Assembly (NCBI GenBank): GCA_030524555.1
Contig: JAUNGK010000002.1
Coordinates: 3,909 to 67,908, forward strand
Length of the DNA stretch: 64,000 nt
Source: Bacillota bacterium
Lineage (GTDB): Bacteria > Bacillota > Clostridia > Lachnospirales > Lachnospiraceae
Direction: 5' to 3'
The position numbers and the translations under genes are program-made. The notes under the pieces were generated by a model that was not told the DNA's origin, searched no databases, and saw only the letters and a program-made list of their open reading frames with translations. Below are positions 35,255-45,383 of the stretch, one piece after another. How positions within the stretch are numbered: the first letter of the stretch is position 1; the number at the start of each line of letters is the position of its first letter.

Positions 35255-37741
35255 ATGGTAAAGAAGACAGCTGCACCTGCAGAGCTTACCTTTGACAAAG
35301 AATTGTTCAAGAGAAGCGTGCTCTATAATGTAAAAACCTTATATAGAAAAACTTTGGAGGAGGCAAGCCCTCAACAGATTTTTCAGGCAGTAGCATATGC
35401 AATTAAGGATGTAGTAGTTGACAATTGGTTAAATACCCAGAAGGAATATGACAAGCAGGATCCTAAGATGGTGTATTATTTATCCATGGAATTTCTGATG
35501 GGACGTGCTCTGGGAAACAATATTATTAATCTGCAGGCATATAAGCCTGTAAAGGAAGCGATGGAGGAACTTGGACTTGACCTTAATATTATTGAGGATC
35601 AGGAACCGGATGCGGCTTTGGGCAACGGCGGTTTAGGGCGTCTTGCCGCATGCTTCCTTGACTCTCTTGCAACACTGGGATATGCGGCATATGGCTGCGG
35701 CATCAGATATCGTTACGGTATGTTTAAGCAGGAAATCAGAGACGGTTATCAGGTGGAGGTACCCGATAACTGGCTGGTTGACGGGAATCCTTTTGAACTG
35801 CGGAGACCTGAATATGCCAAAGAGGTTAAGTTCGGCGGCTATGTAAATGTACATATTGATGAGAACGGAAGAGGCAATTATGTTCAGGAAGGCTATCAGA
35901 GCGTAAGGGCTATTCCTTATGATCTTCCGATTGTAGGTTATGGCAATGGTATTGTAAATACGCTGCGCATTTGGGATGCAGAAGCAGTAGAGTGCTTCCA
36001 GCTTGACTCCTTTGACAAGGGAGATTATCAAAAGGCGGTAGAGCAGGAGAATCTTGCAAGAAATATTGTAGAGGTGCTTTATCCTAATGATAACCACTAT
36101 GCAGGTAAGGAACTGAGACTGAAACAGCAGTACTTCTTTATTTCCGCTTCCGTGCAGGAGGCAGTTGCCAAGTATATGCGTAAGCATGATGATGTGCGCA
36201 AGTTCTATGAGAAGGTTACCTTCCAGCTTAATGATACCCATCCTACAGTTGCAGTGGCAGAGCTGATGAGAATTTTGATGGATGAGTATTATCTTACATG
36301 GGATGAGGCATGGGAGGTTACAACTAAGACCTGTGCATATACCAATCATACCATTATGGCAGAGGCGCTGGAGAAATGGCCTATTGAGCTCTTTTCAAGA
36401 CTTCTTCCCAGAATTTATCAGATTATAGAAGAGATTAACCGCAGATTCATTTTGAGAATACAGGAGCTGTATCCCGGTAACCAGGAAAAGATCCGCAAGA
36501 TGGCAATCATCTATGACGGACAGGTGAAGATGGCGCATCTTGCTATTGCAGCAGGCTATTCTGTAAACGGTGTGGCAAGACTTCATACGGAAATTCTGAA
36601 AAAGCAGGAGCTTAAGGATTTCTATGAGATGATGCCTGAGAAGTTTAATAACAAAACCAACGGTATCACACAGAGACGTTTCCTGCTTCATGGCAATCCG
36701 CTTCTTGCAGACTGGGTTACCGCACATGTGGGAAGCGACTGGATCACCGATCTTCCTAAAATTAATAAGCTGAAAATCTATGCGGATGATGAGAAGGCTC
36801 AGCAGGAGTTTATGAATATCAAGTATCAGAATAAGGTTCGCCTGGCAAAGTATATTCTTGAGAATAACGGCATTGAGGTTGATCCCCGCTCCATCTTTGA
36901 TGTACAGGTTAAGAGACTTCATGAATACAAGCGTCAGCTCCTTAACATTTTGCACGTTATGTATCTGTATAATCAGCTTAAGGATAATCCGGATATGGAT
37001 TTCTACCCCAGAACCTTTATCTTTGGTGCTAAGGCAGCAGCCGGTTATTATAATGCCAAAATGACCATTAAACTGATCAATTCCGTAGCGGATGTGGTAA
37101 ATAATGATCCTGCTATTGGCGGCAAGATTAAGGTAGTATTTATTGAAAACTACAGGGTATCCAATGCAGAAATGATTTTTGCGGCAGCAGATGTTTCCGA
37201 GCAGATTTCTACAGCAAGTAAGGAAGCGTCCGGTACCGGAAACATGAAATTCATGTTAAACGGTGCTCTTACCATCGGAACTATGGATGGTGCGAATGTA
37301 GAGATCGTAGAGGAAGTGGGAGAGGAAAATGCATTTATCTTCGGACTTTCTTCAGATGAGGTTATTAATTACGAAAATTACGGCGGATATGATCCTAATG
37401 AGATTTTCAACAATGACCCTGATGTAAGACGGGTATTGATGCAGCTGATCAACGGAACCTTTGCTCCTAATGATCCTGACAGATTTAGAACACTGTACAA
37501 TTCCCTTCTCAATACACTCAGCACCGCTAAGGCAGATACCTACTTTATTCTTAAGGACTTCCGTTCCTATGCAGAAGCACAAAAGAGAGTAGAGGCTGCA
37601 TATCGTGATGAGAAGAATTGGGCAAGAAGCGCTATCTTAAATGTGGCATGCAGCGGTAAATTCACCTCCGACAGAACCATTCAGGAGTATGTGGATGATA
37701 TCTGGCATTTAGATAAGGTGGTATTACCGAAGAAAGTGTGA
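35255..37741 (+). CDS. glgP: Glycogen/maltodextrin phosphorylase
   Basis: About 828 aa. GT35 motifs LGNGGLGRLAACFLDS and the PLP-Lys region EASGTGNMKFMLNGA are present. ATG 35255 has RBS GGAGGAG at 6-nt spacing; ATG 35240 is possible. Confidence 0.93.
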   Translation: MVKKTAAPAELTFDKELFKRSVLYNVKTLYRKTLEEASPQQIFQAVAYAIKDVVVDNWLNTQKEYDKQDPKMVYYLSMEFLMGRALGNNIINLQAYKPVKEAMEELGLDLNIIEDQEPDAALGNGGLGRLAACFLDSLATLGYAAYGCGIRYRYGMFKQEIRDGYQVEVPDNWLVDGNPFELRRPEYAKEVKFGGYVNVHIDENGRGNYVQEGYQSVRAIPYDLPIVGYGNGIVNTLRIWDAEAVECFQLDSFDKGDYQKAVEQENLARNIVEVLYPNDNHYAGKELRLKQQYFFISASVQEAVAKYMRKHDDVRKFYEKVTFQLNDTHPTVAVAELMRILMDEYYLTWDEAWEVTTKTCAYTNHTIMAEALEKWPIELFSRLLPRIYQIIEEINRRFILRIQELYPGNQEKIRKMAIIYDGQVKMAHLAIAAGYSVNGVARLHTEILKKQELKDFYEMMPEKFNNKTNGITQRRFLLHGNPLLADWVTAHVGSDWITDLPKINKLKIYADDEKAQQEFMNIKYQNKVRLAKYILENNGIEVDPRSIFDVQVKRLHEYKRQLLNILHVMYLYNQLKDNPDMDFYPRTFIFGAKAAAGYYNAKMTIKLINSVADVVNNDPAIGGKIKVVFIENYRVSNAEMIFAAADVSEQISTASKEASGTGNMKFMLNGALTIGTMDGANVEIVEEVGEENAFIFGLSSDEVINYENYGGYDPNEIFNNDPDVRRVLMQLINGTFAPNDPDRFRTLYNSLLNTLSTAKADTYFILKDFRSYAEAQKRVEAAYRDEKNWARSAILNVACSGKFTSDRTIQEYVDDIWHLDKVVLPKKV

Positions 37742-37800
37742 TATGATTAATTTATGAAGGCATTAGTATGAGAGCTGTTTGGAAAAGGAGGAAAGTGTAA

Positions 37801-37992
37801 ATGGGAACGAATATTGGCAGGGGCGATAATGTGATGAGAGAGATGGCCAGGGAGACCAATCTGCTGGAGCATGACAGAAAGACGGAAGCAGGTAAGGATA
37901 TAACCCCTGAAAGCAGGAAAAGGGGAATAATTGCTTTTGGCTGTACGTTGGCTGTTGTTGCTGTAATTGTTTTCCTGTTCATTGTTTTGTAA
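37801..37992 (+). CDS. Small hypothetical tail-anchored membrane protein (63 aa)
   Basis: Strong RBS GGAGG 9 nt upstream. The hydrophilic, charged N-terminal 40 aa are followed by one C-terminal TM helix (IIAFGCTLAVVAVIVFLFIVL). A terminator lies immediately downstream. I recognise no homology. Confidence 0.45.
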   Translation: MGTNIGRGDNVMREMARETNLLEHDRKTEAGKDITPESRKRGIIAFGCTLAVVAVIVFLFIVL

Positions 37993-38011
37993 TCATATAG
38001 CTTCTAAAGAT

Positions 38012-38057
38012 AAGGTGTTGCCCGAAACAAAATATGAGGCAGCACCTTTGTGTTTTT
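38012..38057 (+). terminator. Rho-independent terminator after glgP and the small ORF
   Basis: 11-bp stem AAGGTGTTGCC / GGCAGCACCTT with one G-U pair, a 15-nt loop, then TGTGTTTTT. Confidence 0.7.
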
Positions 38058-38096
38058 ATCTTATGGGAAAGTATTGGAAGGGAAAGGGGGATTTTT

Positions 38097-39566
38097 ATGT
38101 TAAAAAGCATTCAATTTACGGAAAAGCCGGAAGATGAGGAATTAAAAAGACGATTAAAGGCTGCAAGGGATAAACTTGCAGGTCAGCAGATGCAGGTTAA
38201 GGAGCATAAAATTCCGGTTCTGGTGTTGGTAGAGGGCTGGGGAACAGCGGGAAAGGGTAGTCTGATTGGAGAATTGATTCAAAATATTGATCCCAGATTT
38301 TTTAAGGTAGCTACTATGGATCAGCCAACGGAGGAAGAGCAAAGGAAGCCCTTCTTATGCCGATATTTTGCCAAAATACCGGAAGAGGGTAAATTTATGT
38401 TTTTGGATTCGGGATGGATGGACGAGGTTACCAGAATGCGCCTGCACGGAGAAATGGATCAGAAAATCTATGAGCAGAGAATAGAAAGCATCAGAAGATT
38501 TGAAAGGCAGCTTACGGATAATGGCTATCTGGTAATGAAATTTTTCTGCCACATCAGCAAAAAGGAGCAGAAAAAGCGGATCGGGGAGCTGGAGCAGTCG
38601 GTTGACACCAAATGGAGAGTCAGCGAAAACGATAAGTGGCAGAATAAGCATTATGATAAATGTGAGGAGATATTTGGCCGGTACATGGAGGATACCAACA
38701 CTCCTTCCGCACCCTGGTATGTAATTGATTCCAAGTCCAAAAAATGGGCGGAGCTTCAGGCACTTGAAATTCTTACCCAGGGAATTGATATTGCACTGCA
38801 AAATCAAAGCTTAGCCGTGCCTCTTCTGCAAAATGTATTTCCTCTTGTAAAGATGCCGAAGCTTTCTGAGATATCGCTGGATCAGGCAGTGGAGGAAGAG
38901 GAATACAAGGAGGAGCTAAAAAGTCTGCAGGGGCAGCTAAAAGAGCTTCATAACCGTTTATACAGAAAGAAGGTTCCTGTAGTGATCCTGTATGAAGGAT
39001 GGGATGCGGCAGGAAAAGGCGGAAACATTAAACGGATTACGGAGGCTCTTGATCCCAGAGGATTTGAGGTTTGTCCTATTGCAAGCCCGGAGCCCCATGA
39101 GAAGGCAAGGCATTATCTGTGGCGTTTTTGGACCAGGCTGCCTAAGACGGGACATATAGCTATATTTGACAGGAGCTGGTATGGACGTGTAATGGTAGAG
39201 AGGCTTGAGGGGTTTTGCAGTGAAAATGACTGGAAGCGTGCCTACAATGAAATGAACGAATTTGAAAAGGAACTGCATGACTGGGGAGCCGTGATTATCA
39301 AATTCTGGGTTCAGATTGATAAGGATACCCAGCTTGCCAGATTTACTGACCGGCAGAATACGCCGGAAAAGCAGTGGAAGATCACGGATGAGGACTGGAG
39401 AAACCGGGAAAAGTGGGATCAGTATGAGACTGCGGTTAATGAGATGATAGAAAAGACAAGTACTGTCTATGCGCCATGGCATATTCTGGAATCCGTAGAT
39501 AAAAAATATGCGAGAATTAAGGCGCTTAAGATTGTGATCAGGGAGCTTTTGAAGGCGCTTGATTAA
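38097..39566 (+). CDS. Two-domain polyphosphate kinase 2 (polyphosphate:AMP/nucleotide phosphotransferase type)
   Basis: Tandem PPK2 modules each carry a Walker-A-like motif, EGWGTAGKGS and EGWDAAGKGG. I chose ATG 38097 (RBS AAAGGGGG), because the track start at 38034 overlaps the upstream terminator. Confidence 0.88.
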   Translation: MLKSIQFTEKPEDEELKRRLKAARDKLAGQQMQVKEHKIPVLVLVEGWGTAGKGSLIGELIQNIDPRFFKVATMDQPTEEEQRKPFLCRYFAKIPEEGKFMFLDSGWMDEVTRMRLHGEMDQKIYEQRIESIRRFERQLTDNGYLVMKFFCHISKKEQKKRIGELEQSVDTKWRVSENDKWQNKHYDKCEEIFGRYMEDTNTPSAPWYVIDSKSKKWAELQALEILTQGIDIALQNQSLAVPLLQNVFPLVKMPKLSEISLDQAVEEEEYKEELKSLQGQLKELHNRLYRKKVPVVILYEGWDAAGKGGNIKRITEALDPRGFEVCPIASPEPHEKARHYLWRFWTRLPKTGHIAIFDRSWYGRVMVERLEGFCSENDWKRAYNEMNEFEKELHDWGAVIIKFWVQIDKDTQLARFTDRQNTPEKQWKITDEDWRNREKWDQYETAVNEMIEKTSTVYAPWHILESVDKKYARIKALKIVIRELLKALD

Positions 39567-39682
39567 GAAATCTTTAGGAAGCAATTGCAACCTTATTTAT
39601 TTTATTTTATAATAAACAACAGTATTTGTGCTTTTTTGCATAAATATGCATCAGACAAAATGAAATGATCAGGAGGCATAAT

Positions 39683-41971
39683 ATGGTATCAGTATACGAG
39701 CGTGGTGCCTATCTTGTGAACGGAACGGAAGTTATTCCCGACAGTTCAGAGGCACTTAATGAGGTAAAGAGTAAAACAGGAAAAGATGTATCAATCGAGC
39801 AGGCCAGAAAAGAGACGATTGCCTATGGTATTTTAGAAGCTCACAATACCTCCGGGAATATGGATAAGTTAAAGATTAAGTTTGACAAGCTTACATCACA
39901 CGATATTACTTTTGTAGGAATTATTCAAACCGCAAGAGCATCGGGACTGGAGAAATTTCCGGTTCCTTACGTGCTTACCAACTGCCACAATTCTCTGTGC
40001 GCAGTAGGCGGTACCATCAATGAGGATGACCACATGTTTGGTCTGACCTGTGCGAAAAAGTACGGTGGTGTATATGTGCCTCCTCATCAGGCGGTTATTC
40101 ACCAATTTGCAAGGGAAATGCTTGCAGGCGGCGGTAAGATGATTTTAGGATCGGACTCTCATACCAGATACGGAGCTCTTGGTACAATGGCAATGGGAGA
40201 GGGTGGGCCGGAGCTTGTTAAGCAGCTTCTGAATCAGACCTATGACATCAATATGCCCGGTATTGTAGGCGTATATCTGACCGGAGAGCCTGTTAAGGGC
40301 GTAGGCCCTCAGGACGTGGCGCTTGCCATTATCGGAGAGGTATTTGCAAGCGGCGTCGTAAAGAATAAGGTAATGGAGTTTGTAGGACCGGGTGTAGCTT
40401 CTTTAAGTGCTGATTTCAGAATTGGTATTGATGTTATGACCACAGAGACCACATGCTTATCCTCTATTTGGCAGACAGATGACGAAATTAAGGAATTTTA
40501 TGATATTCATGGAAGAAGTGAGGATTACAAGGAGTTAAAGCCGGGTGAGGTGGCATATTATGATGGCTTTATCACCATTGACCTTGGCACCATTAAGCCG
40601 ATGATTGCTATGCCCTTCCATCCCAGCAACACCTATACGATTGAAGAGCTGAATGCAAACCTTATGGATATTTTAAATGATGTGGAGAAGAAGGCAGCAG
40701 TATCCTTAGACGGCGTCGTGGAGTTTTCTTTGAAGGATAAGGTGAAGAACGGAAAGCTGATGGTAGATCAGGGTATTATTGCAGGCTGTGCCGGCGGCGG
40801 TTTTGAGAATATCTGTGCGGCAGCAGACATCATGAGGGGCTCTTATATCGGCTCCGACGGATTTACCTTAAGTGTATATCCGGCTTCCATGCCTGTTTAT
40901 ATGGAATTGATCAAAAACGGATGTGCGGCAGCTTTACTTGAGACGGGTGCGGTTATGAAGACTGCATTCTGCGGGCCCTGCTTTGGAGCCGGAGATACGC
41001 CGGCTAACAATGCATTCAGCATCCGCCACTCTACCAGAAACTTCCCTAACAGAGAAGGTTCTAAGCTGCAGAATGGGCAGATTGCATCCGTGGCGCTTAT
41101 GGATGCCCGTTCCATTGCGGCGACGGCAGCTAATAAAGGTGTTCTCACAGCAGCAACGGAATTTGATGGACCTATCAACAAGTATCAGTATCATTTTGAT
41201 TCGGCTATTTATGCAAACAGAGTATTTGATTCCCACGGCGTAGCGGATCCTTCCGTGGAAATCCAATTTGGTCCTAATATTAAGGACTGGCCGGCTATGA
41301 CGGAACTGCCTGAAAATCTGGTTCTGCGTGTGGTATCGGAGATTCATGATCCCGTAACCACTACAGATGAGCTGATCCCTTCGGGAGAAACCTCATCCTA
41401 TCGTTCCAATCCGTTGGGACTTGCCGAGTTTACTTTATCCAGAAAGGATCCTGCCTACGTAGGGCTTGCCAAGGATATTCAGGCAGCACAGAAGGCTGTA
41501 ATGGAAGGAAAATGTCCTCTTGATGTGAAGCCTGAGCTTAAGCAGGTGATGGATGTGATACATACCGTTTATCCCGCTGCAGGTGAAGGAAATATAGGCT
41601 TTGGTTCCACCATTTTTGCCGTAAAGCCTGGTGACGGTTCTGCCAGAGAGCAGGCGGCTTCCTGCCAGAAGGTGCTTGGCGGATGGGCTAATATTGCCAA
41701 TGAATATGCAACTAAGAGATATCGTTCCAACCTGATTAACTGGGGCATGCTTCCCTTTATCATTGAAGAGGGAGAGCTTCCCTTTAAGAATAAGGATTAT
41801 CTGTTCTTCCCCAATATCCGCAAGGCGGTTATTGACAAGGAGGAGGAGATTAAGGCTTATAGGGTAGGCACTGATGGTCTTACGGAATTTACCGTAAAGC
41901 TTGGAGAGCTTACGGATGAGGAGCGTCAGATCATATTGAAGGGCTGCCTGATCAACTATAACAGGGTATAA
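39683..41971 (+). CDS. Aconitase-family hydratase (putative aconitate hydratase, single-chain Aquifex/Clostridia type)
   Basis: About 762 aa with aconitase motifs [14 protein letters not shown] and CGPCFG (Fe-S Cys ligands). A swivel-domain-like C-terminus is present. ATG 39683 follows RBS AGGAGG. Confidence 0.85.
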   Translation: MVSVYERGAYLVNGTEVIPDSSEALNEVKSKTGKDVSIEQARKETIAYGILEAHNTSGNMDKLKIKFDKLTSHDITFVGIIQTARASGLEKFPVPYVLTNCHNSLCAVGGTINEDDHMFGLTCAKKYGGVYVPPHQAVIHQFAREMLAGGGKMILGSDSHTRYGALGTMAMGEGGPELVKQLLNQTYDINMPGIVGVYLTGEPVKGVGPQDVALAIIGEVFASGVVKNKVMEFVGPGVASLSADFRIGIDVMTTETTCLSSIWQTDDEIKEFYDIHGRSEDYKELKPGEVAYYDGFITIDLGTIKPMIAMPFHPSNTYTIEELNANLMDILNDVEKKAAVSLDGVVEFSLKDKVKNGKLMVDQGIIAGCAGGGFENICAAADIMRGSYIGSDGFTLSVYPASMPVYMELIKNGCAAALLETGAVMKTAFCGPCFGAGDTPANNAFSIRHSTRNFPNREGSKLQNGQIASVALMDARSIAATAANKGVLTAATEFDGPINKYQYHFDSAIYANRVFDSHGVADPSVEIQFGPNIKDWPAMTELPENLVLRVVSEIHDPVTTTDELIPSGETSSYRSNPLGLAEFTLSRKDPAYVGLAKDIQAAQKAVMEGKCPLDVKPELKQVMDVIHTVYPAAGEGNIGFGSTIFAVKPGDGSAREQAASCQKVLGGWANIANEYATKRYRSNLINWGMLPFIIEEGELPFKNKDYLFFPNIRKAVIDKEEEIKAYRVGTDGLTEFTVKLGELTDEERQIILKGCLINYNRV

Positions 41972-41995
41972 CCAAAAGCATGCTTTGCCTGTGAT

Positions 41996-42826
41996 TTATC
42001 CCAGTCCTGACCGGTCAAGCAAAGTGGCGGTAAATACGCCTGCGGCCAGGCAGAAGACATTGATCATACAGGCTCTGACGGAAAGCGTAAAGCTTTCAAA
42101 TGGAATGATCATAATGGTAGCGGCAGTGACAATGCCGAATATTGCATGAAAAGAGAGGCTGTAGTACTTCGTAAGCAGGGAGTCTACAGCCTTTGCCATG
42201 CTTATGATAGTAAGTACACAGCCAAGTCCGGCGGGAAGAAGAACTACCGGATCAAGATGGGCAATTCCATCCACGAAGGGAGTGTATAGTCCCAGGGGCA
42301 TCAGCAGCGTGGAAAAGCTCATTCCGGGAGCGATAATGCTTAGGGCGAAGCAGAAGCCGCAGAAGAGAAACCACAAAAAGCCCGGGGAGATGTTGATGGA
42401 AGCAGCCCCCAAAAAAAGCAGCAGGGAAAAAACAGCCAGCATTGCAAGAACCATGGAGATTAGGGAAGCTTTGTTTCTCCCCTGTGTTCCGGCATCCTTC
42501 CACAGGGAGGGAAGCATTCCGGCGATCAATCCTACAAAAAGGCAGACGGATGGTGCGGGATATTTTTCCAGAAAATAGGAAAGCACTCTGGCAACACCCA
42601 TAAAGCCTATGGCAGCTCCTGCAAAATAAGGGAGAAGCTTTGGAAGGTGGGTTTTATATCTGCCGGCAGGATCGGCTAAAAGCTCCATAACAGGCTTGTA
42701 AACACCGAATATCACACTTAAGACACCGCCGGATATGCCGGGAAGGACGGAGCCAAGACCGATCAGCGCTCCTTGAAGAAGCATTAAGATAATTTTTGGT
42801 AGAAAGCTGTTTTTCTTTGTCACCAT
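41996..42826 (-). CDS. DUF368-family membrane protein (putative undecaprenyl-phosphate translocase family)
   Basis: About 276 aa with 8-9 TM helices. The N-terminal region LLQGALIGLGSVLPGISGGVL is typical of DUF368. ATG 42826 follows RBS GAGGT. Confidence 0.8.
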   Translation of the reverse strand: MVTKKNSFLPKIILMLLQGALIGLGSVLPGISGGVLSVIFGVYKPVMELLADPAGRYKTHLPKLLPYFAGAAIGFMGVARVLSYFLEKYPAPSVCLFVGLIAGMLPSLWKDAGTQGRNKASLISMVLAMLAVFSLLLFLGAASINISPGFLWFLFCGFCFALSIIAPGMSFSTLLMPLGLYTPFVDGIAHLDPVVLLPAGLGCVLTIISMAKAVDSLLTKYYSLSFHAIFGIVTAATIMIIPFESFTLSVRACMINVFCLAAGVFTATLLDRSGLG

Positions 42827-42911
42827 TTTTATATGACCTCGTTTCCATGCAAAATGCATATTGCTTATTATTCTTATTAATAACTATGCTTATTAATGAT
42901 TATGCAGAGAC

Positions 42912-42938
42912 TAAATTTTTTTGCGGATTCGTCGATAA
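42912..42938 (+). promoter_or_regulatory. Sigma-D (sigma-28)-like promoter candidate
   Basis: TAAA (42912-42915), 15 nt, then GTCGATAA (42931-42938), compared with the consensus TAAA-N15-GCCGATAT. A match this loose is expected about twice per 64 kb by chance, so only its intergenic position supports it. Confidence 0.3.
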
Positions 42939-43098
42939 ATATAATGCAGGTACCTATGGCCAGGGCATTCTGCAAAATATGATTTTAGTCGCCACGGATG
43001 GTATGCGGAAGGAAAGGGACAGCCTTCTTGTATATCATTTTTGTTTTTTTCGATCAGGGAGGGGAGAGTAAAGACAAGGGACTTAAGAAGGAGGTTGA

Positions 43099-44253
43099 AT
43101 GCGAATAGATTCCAGCAGCATAGGAATGGAATCCGCCAGAGCTTATTCTTCTGTTTCAGGAAGAATAAACAAATTTGTTATCACAAACGGAAGGCAGAGC
43201 CTTAAGGACGGAACCGGAGCTCTGTTTGGAAATCTGCTTGGTACCGACGTAGAGGAGGAAAATACGCAGGCAAAGGAGAAGGAAAATCCTGAGGAGGATT
43301 TGCAAAGCCGCTTAGAGGAGATGCAAAGCAAGATCCGTACCTTTAGTACGGGAAGCATCAGAACGGTTGATGCACAGGAAGCCCAAAAACAGCTTCGGGA
43401 TATTCGGCAGCAGTGTCTCATATTTCTGATGAACATCCTTTTTCCTGACAGAAGGAGCAGCAGTTCATGGGATAAAACCCAGTCCCAAGACTATCAAACT
43501 GCGCAGACATCAACTTCCGGCAGTATTATTTCTTCTGTTGGAGTAAATGTGAAAACCCTGCAGTACAGCAGACAATATTACTATGAGGAAACGGAGGACA
43601 CCTGCTTTAGCACGCAGGGAACTGTCAAATGTGCTGACGGACGAAAGATCAATTTCAACTTAAATTTAGAGATGAGCCGCAGCTTTCAGGAGTATTATGA
43701 AGAGACGTTAAGCATGAAGCAGGTATCTGTGTGTGATCCGCTGGTAATTAATCTGGATGGAAATATCGCCCAGCTTTCGGATCAGACTTTTTTGTTTGAT
43801 CTTGACGGAGACGGTGAGATGGATGAGATCAATCGGCTTTCTGCCGGAAGTGGTTTTCTGGCACTGGATAAGAATGGAGACGGTGAAATTAATGATGGCA
43901 CCGAGCTTTTCGGAACCAGCTCCGGAAATGGCTTTTCTGATCTTGCCGCTTATGATGAGGATCACAACGGCTTTATTGACGAGGGTGATGAAATCTGGGA
44001 TAAGCTGAAGATATGGGTCATGGACGAAAACGGAAATAGGCAGCTTTATTCCCTGGCAGAAAAGGGTGTGGGAGCGATCTGTCTTCAAAATGCTTCCACG
44101 GATTTTACACTTACAGGAGGTAATAACCAGACCGGAGGGATTATCAGAAATACCGGTATTTTCCTATATGAAAACGGAAATGTGGGAACAGTGCAGCATG
44201 TGGATCTTGCACTGCACGGAAAGGAAAATACAAGCTTAAATATGGTGGTATAA
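43099..44253 (+). CDS. Hypothetical EF-hand calcium-binding protein
   Basis: 384 aa with no signal peptide or TM. Three DxDxDG-type loops are present: DLDGDGEMDE, DKNGDGEINDGTE and DEDHNGFIDEGDE. The N-terminal half is polar and low-complexity. RBS is AGGAGG. Confidence 0.7.
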   Translation: MRIDSSSIGMESARAYSSVSGRINKFVITNGRQSLKDGTGALFGNLLGTDVEEENTQAKEKENPEEDLQSRLEEMQSKIRTFSTGSIRTVDAQEAQKQLRDIRQQCLIFLMNILFPDRRSSSSWDKTQSQDYQTAQTSTSGSIISSVGVNVKTLQYSRQYYYEETEDTCFSTQGTVKCADGRKINFNLNLEMSRSFQEYYEETLSMKQVSVCDPLVINLDGNIAQLSDQTFLFDLDGDGEMDEINRLSAGSGFLALDKNGDGEINDGTELFGTSSGNGFSDLAAYDEDHNGFIDEGDEIWDKLKIWVMDENGNRQLYSLAEKGVGAICLQNASTDFTLTGGNNQTGGIIRNTGIFLYENGNVGTVQHVDLALHGKENTSLNMVV

Positions 44254-44302
44254 AAGGTATTAACCAAAGGCATCTTTACATAGAATGTGGTAGAGGTGTC
44301 TT

Positions 44303-45307
44303 ATGAAAAAACTTAGAGTCTTTCAAACTGTCAAAAGAAAAAGAATCGTACCCGGATTTTCATTGAAAAGTCTTGGTACGGTTCTTTTGCTTTTGTTTTT
44401 TTTACCTTATTTACTTGCATTTTTGTTCGGCAATGTTGAAGAAGGGAGGAAGGACCCCGCAGCAGAGAGCGTAGAAGACCGGTTAGAGGAAAGCCATATG
44501 TATGTGCATAATACAACAGCCTTTGGAAAGGAACGCATTCCTCTTGAAACCTATGTGGCGGATAAGCTGGCGAGAAGCATCGATATCGGATATGAGCCGG
44601 AAGCGTTGAAGGCACAGGCAGTACTAATAAGGTCAGGGCTTTTGGCAAAGCCGGAAAACCAGGATACAGGCAAAGATATTGAGGTGGAGGATGAGGAATA
44701 CGGAAGCGGGATTCTTACCGAAAAAATCAGGCAGGCGGTAGCTGAGACAGCAGGTATCTATCTTTGCTGTGAAGGAAAGCCTGTGAACGGACCATATTTT
44801 GCGGTCAGCAACGGAGCTACCAGGGATGGAGCAGAATTAGGTCTTTTGGAATATCCATATCTGAAAAGGGTGCTGTGTGACAGAGATTTTTTATCTCCCG
44901 ATTATTCAGAAACGGTAAGCTTTCACGAAACGGAATTTGAAAGAATATGGCAGCAGTGCGCCGAATGCCGGATTACACAGGAGGAGATCATACAAAATGA
45001 AAAAGTGCGGGTGGAAAAGGAAGAGCTGGACATTACTCTTTATCGTGACAGCGCCGGGTATGTGCTGTACATGAAAAGGGGGGGACGGTTCGTGTCCGGG
45101 GAGGAAATACGTGCCAATTTTTATCTCCCATCCGCCAGCTTTCATTTGGAAAAGGAGGATAGCGAAATTTGCTTTTTAGTGCGGGGAATGGGGCATGGCC
45201 TGGGAATGAGCCAGTTTGCAGCCAACGAAATGGCAAAACAGGGGGATGATTATACTGCCATCTTAAATTATTTTTTTCAGGATACAACAATTTCAAAATT
45301 TGAATAA
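44303..45307 (+). CDS. spoIID: Stage II sporulation protein D (SpoIID/LytB lytic transglycosylase family)
   Basis: 334 aa with an N-terminal TM anchor and SpoIID-domain motifs, including GHGLGMSQFAANEMA near the C-terminus. Confidence 0.88.
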   Translation: MKKLRVFQTVKRKRIVPGFSLKSLGTVLLLLFFLPYLLAFLFGNVEEGRKDPAAESVEDRLEESHMYVHNTTAFGKERIPLETYVADKLARSIDIGYEPEALKAQAVLIRSGLLAKPENQDTGKDIEVEDEEYGSGILTEKIRQAVAETAGIYLCCEGKPVNGPYFAVSNGATRDGAELGLLEYPYLKRVLCDRDFLSPDYSETVSFHETEFERIWQQCAECRITQEEIIQNEKVRVEKEELDITLYRDSAGYVLYMKRGGRFVSGEEIRANFYLPSASFHLEKEDSEICFLVRGMGHGLGMSQFAANEMAKQGDDYTAILNYFFQDTTISKFE

Positions 45308-45383
45308 AGAAGGAAAAAGGGGCAAAACTAACCATAAGATTTATCACACGCTTGCAGGAGAAGAAAGGAGCAAGGATATAAAA

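Noticed and set aside
35633-36349. 238-aa ORF antisense to glgP. Similar antisense ORFs occur at 7032-7652, 38958-39590, 36395-36955, 26676-27248, 24285-24872, 52500-53033 and 48646-49131.
   Set aside because: All lie inside confidently assigned genes on the opposite strand. They lack RBSs and have non-protein-like composition. I treat them as frame artefacts.
42796-43071. 91-aa ORF in the DUF368 / EF-hand intergenic region
   Set aside because: It starts inside the DUF368 gene on the opposite strand and has no RBS. It spans promoter and leader sequence and has non-protein-like composition.
42939-43098. The 160-nt leader of the EF-hand gene, considered as a c-di-GMP or other riboswitch
   Set aside because: No GEMM-like conserved segments (for example ACGCAAAGC-type) are present. 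Only a weak 5-bp hairpin precedes the T-run, which is not enough to call a structured RNA.
44257-44286. Sigma-E-like promoter for spoIID (-10-like CATAGAAT at 44279-44286, -35-like GTATT at 44257-44261)
   Set aside because: The -10 element matches CATACAAT well. However, the 17-nt spacing to the -35-like element does not fit the roughly 14-nt spacing I recall for sigma-E. The implied leader would be only about 10 nt. This is too uncertain to list as a feature.
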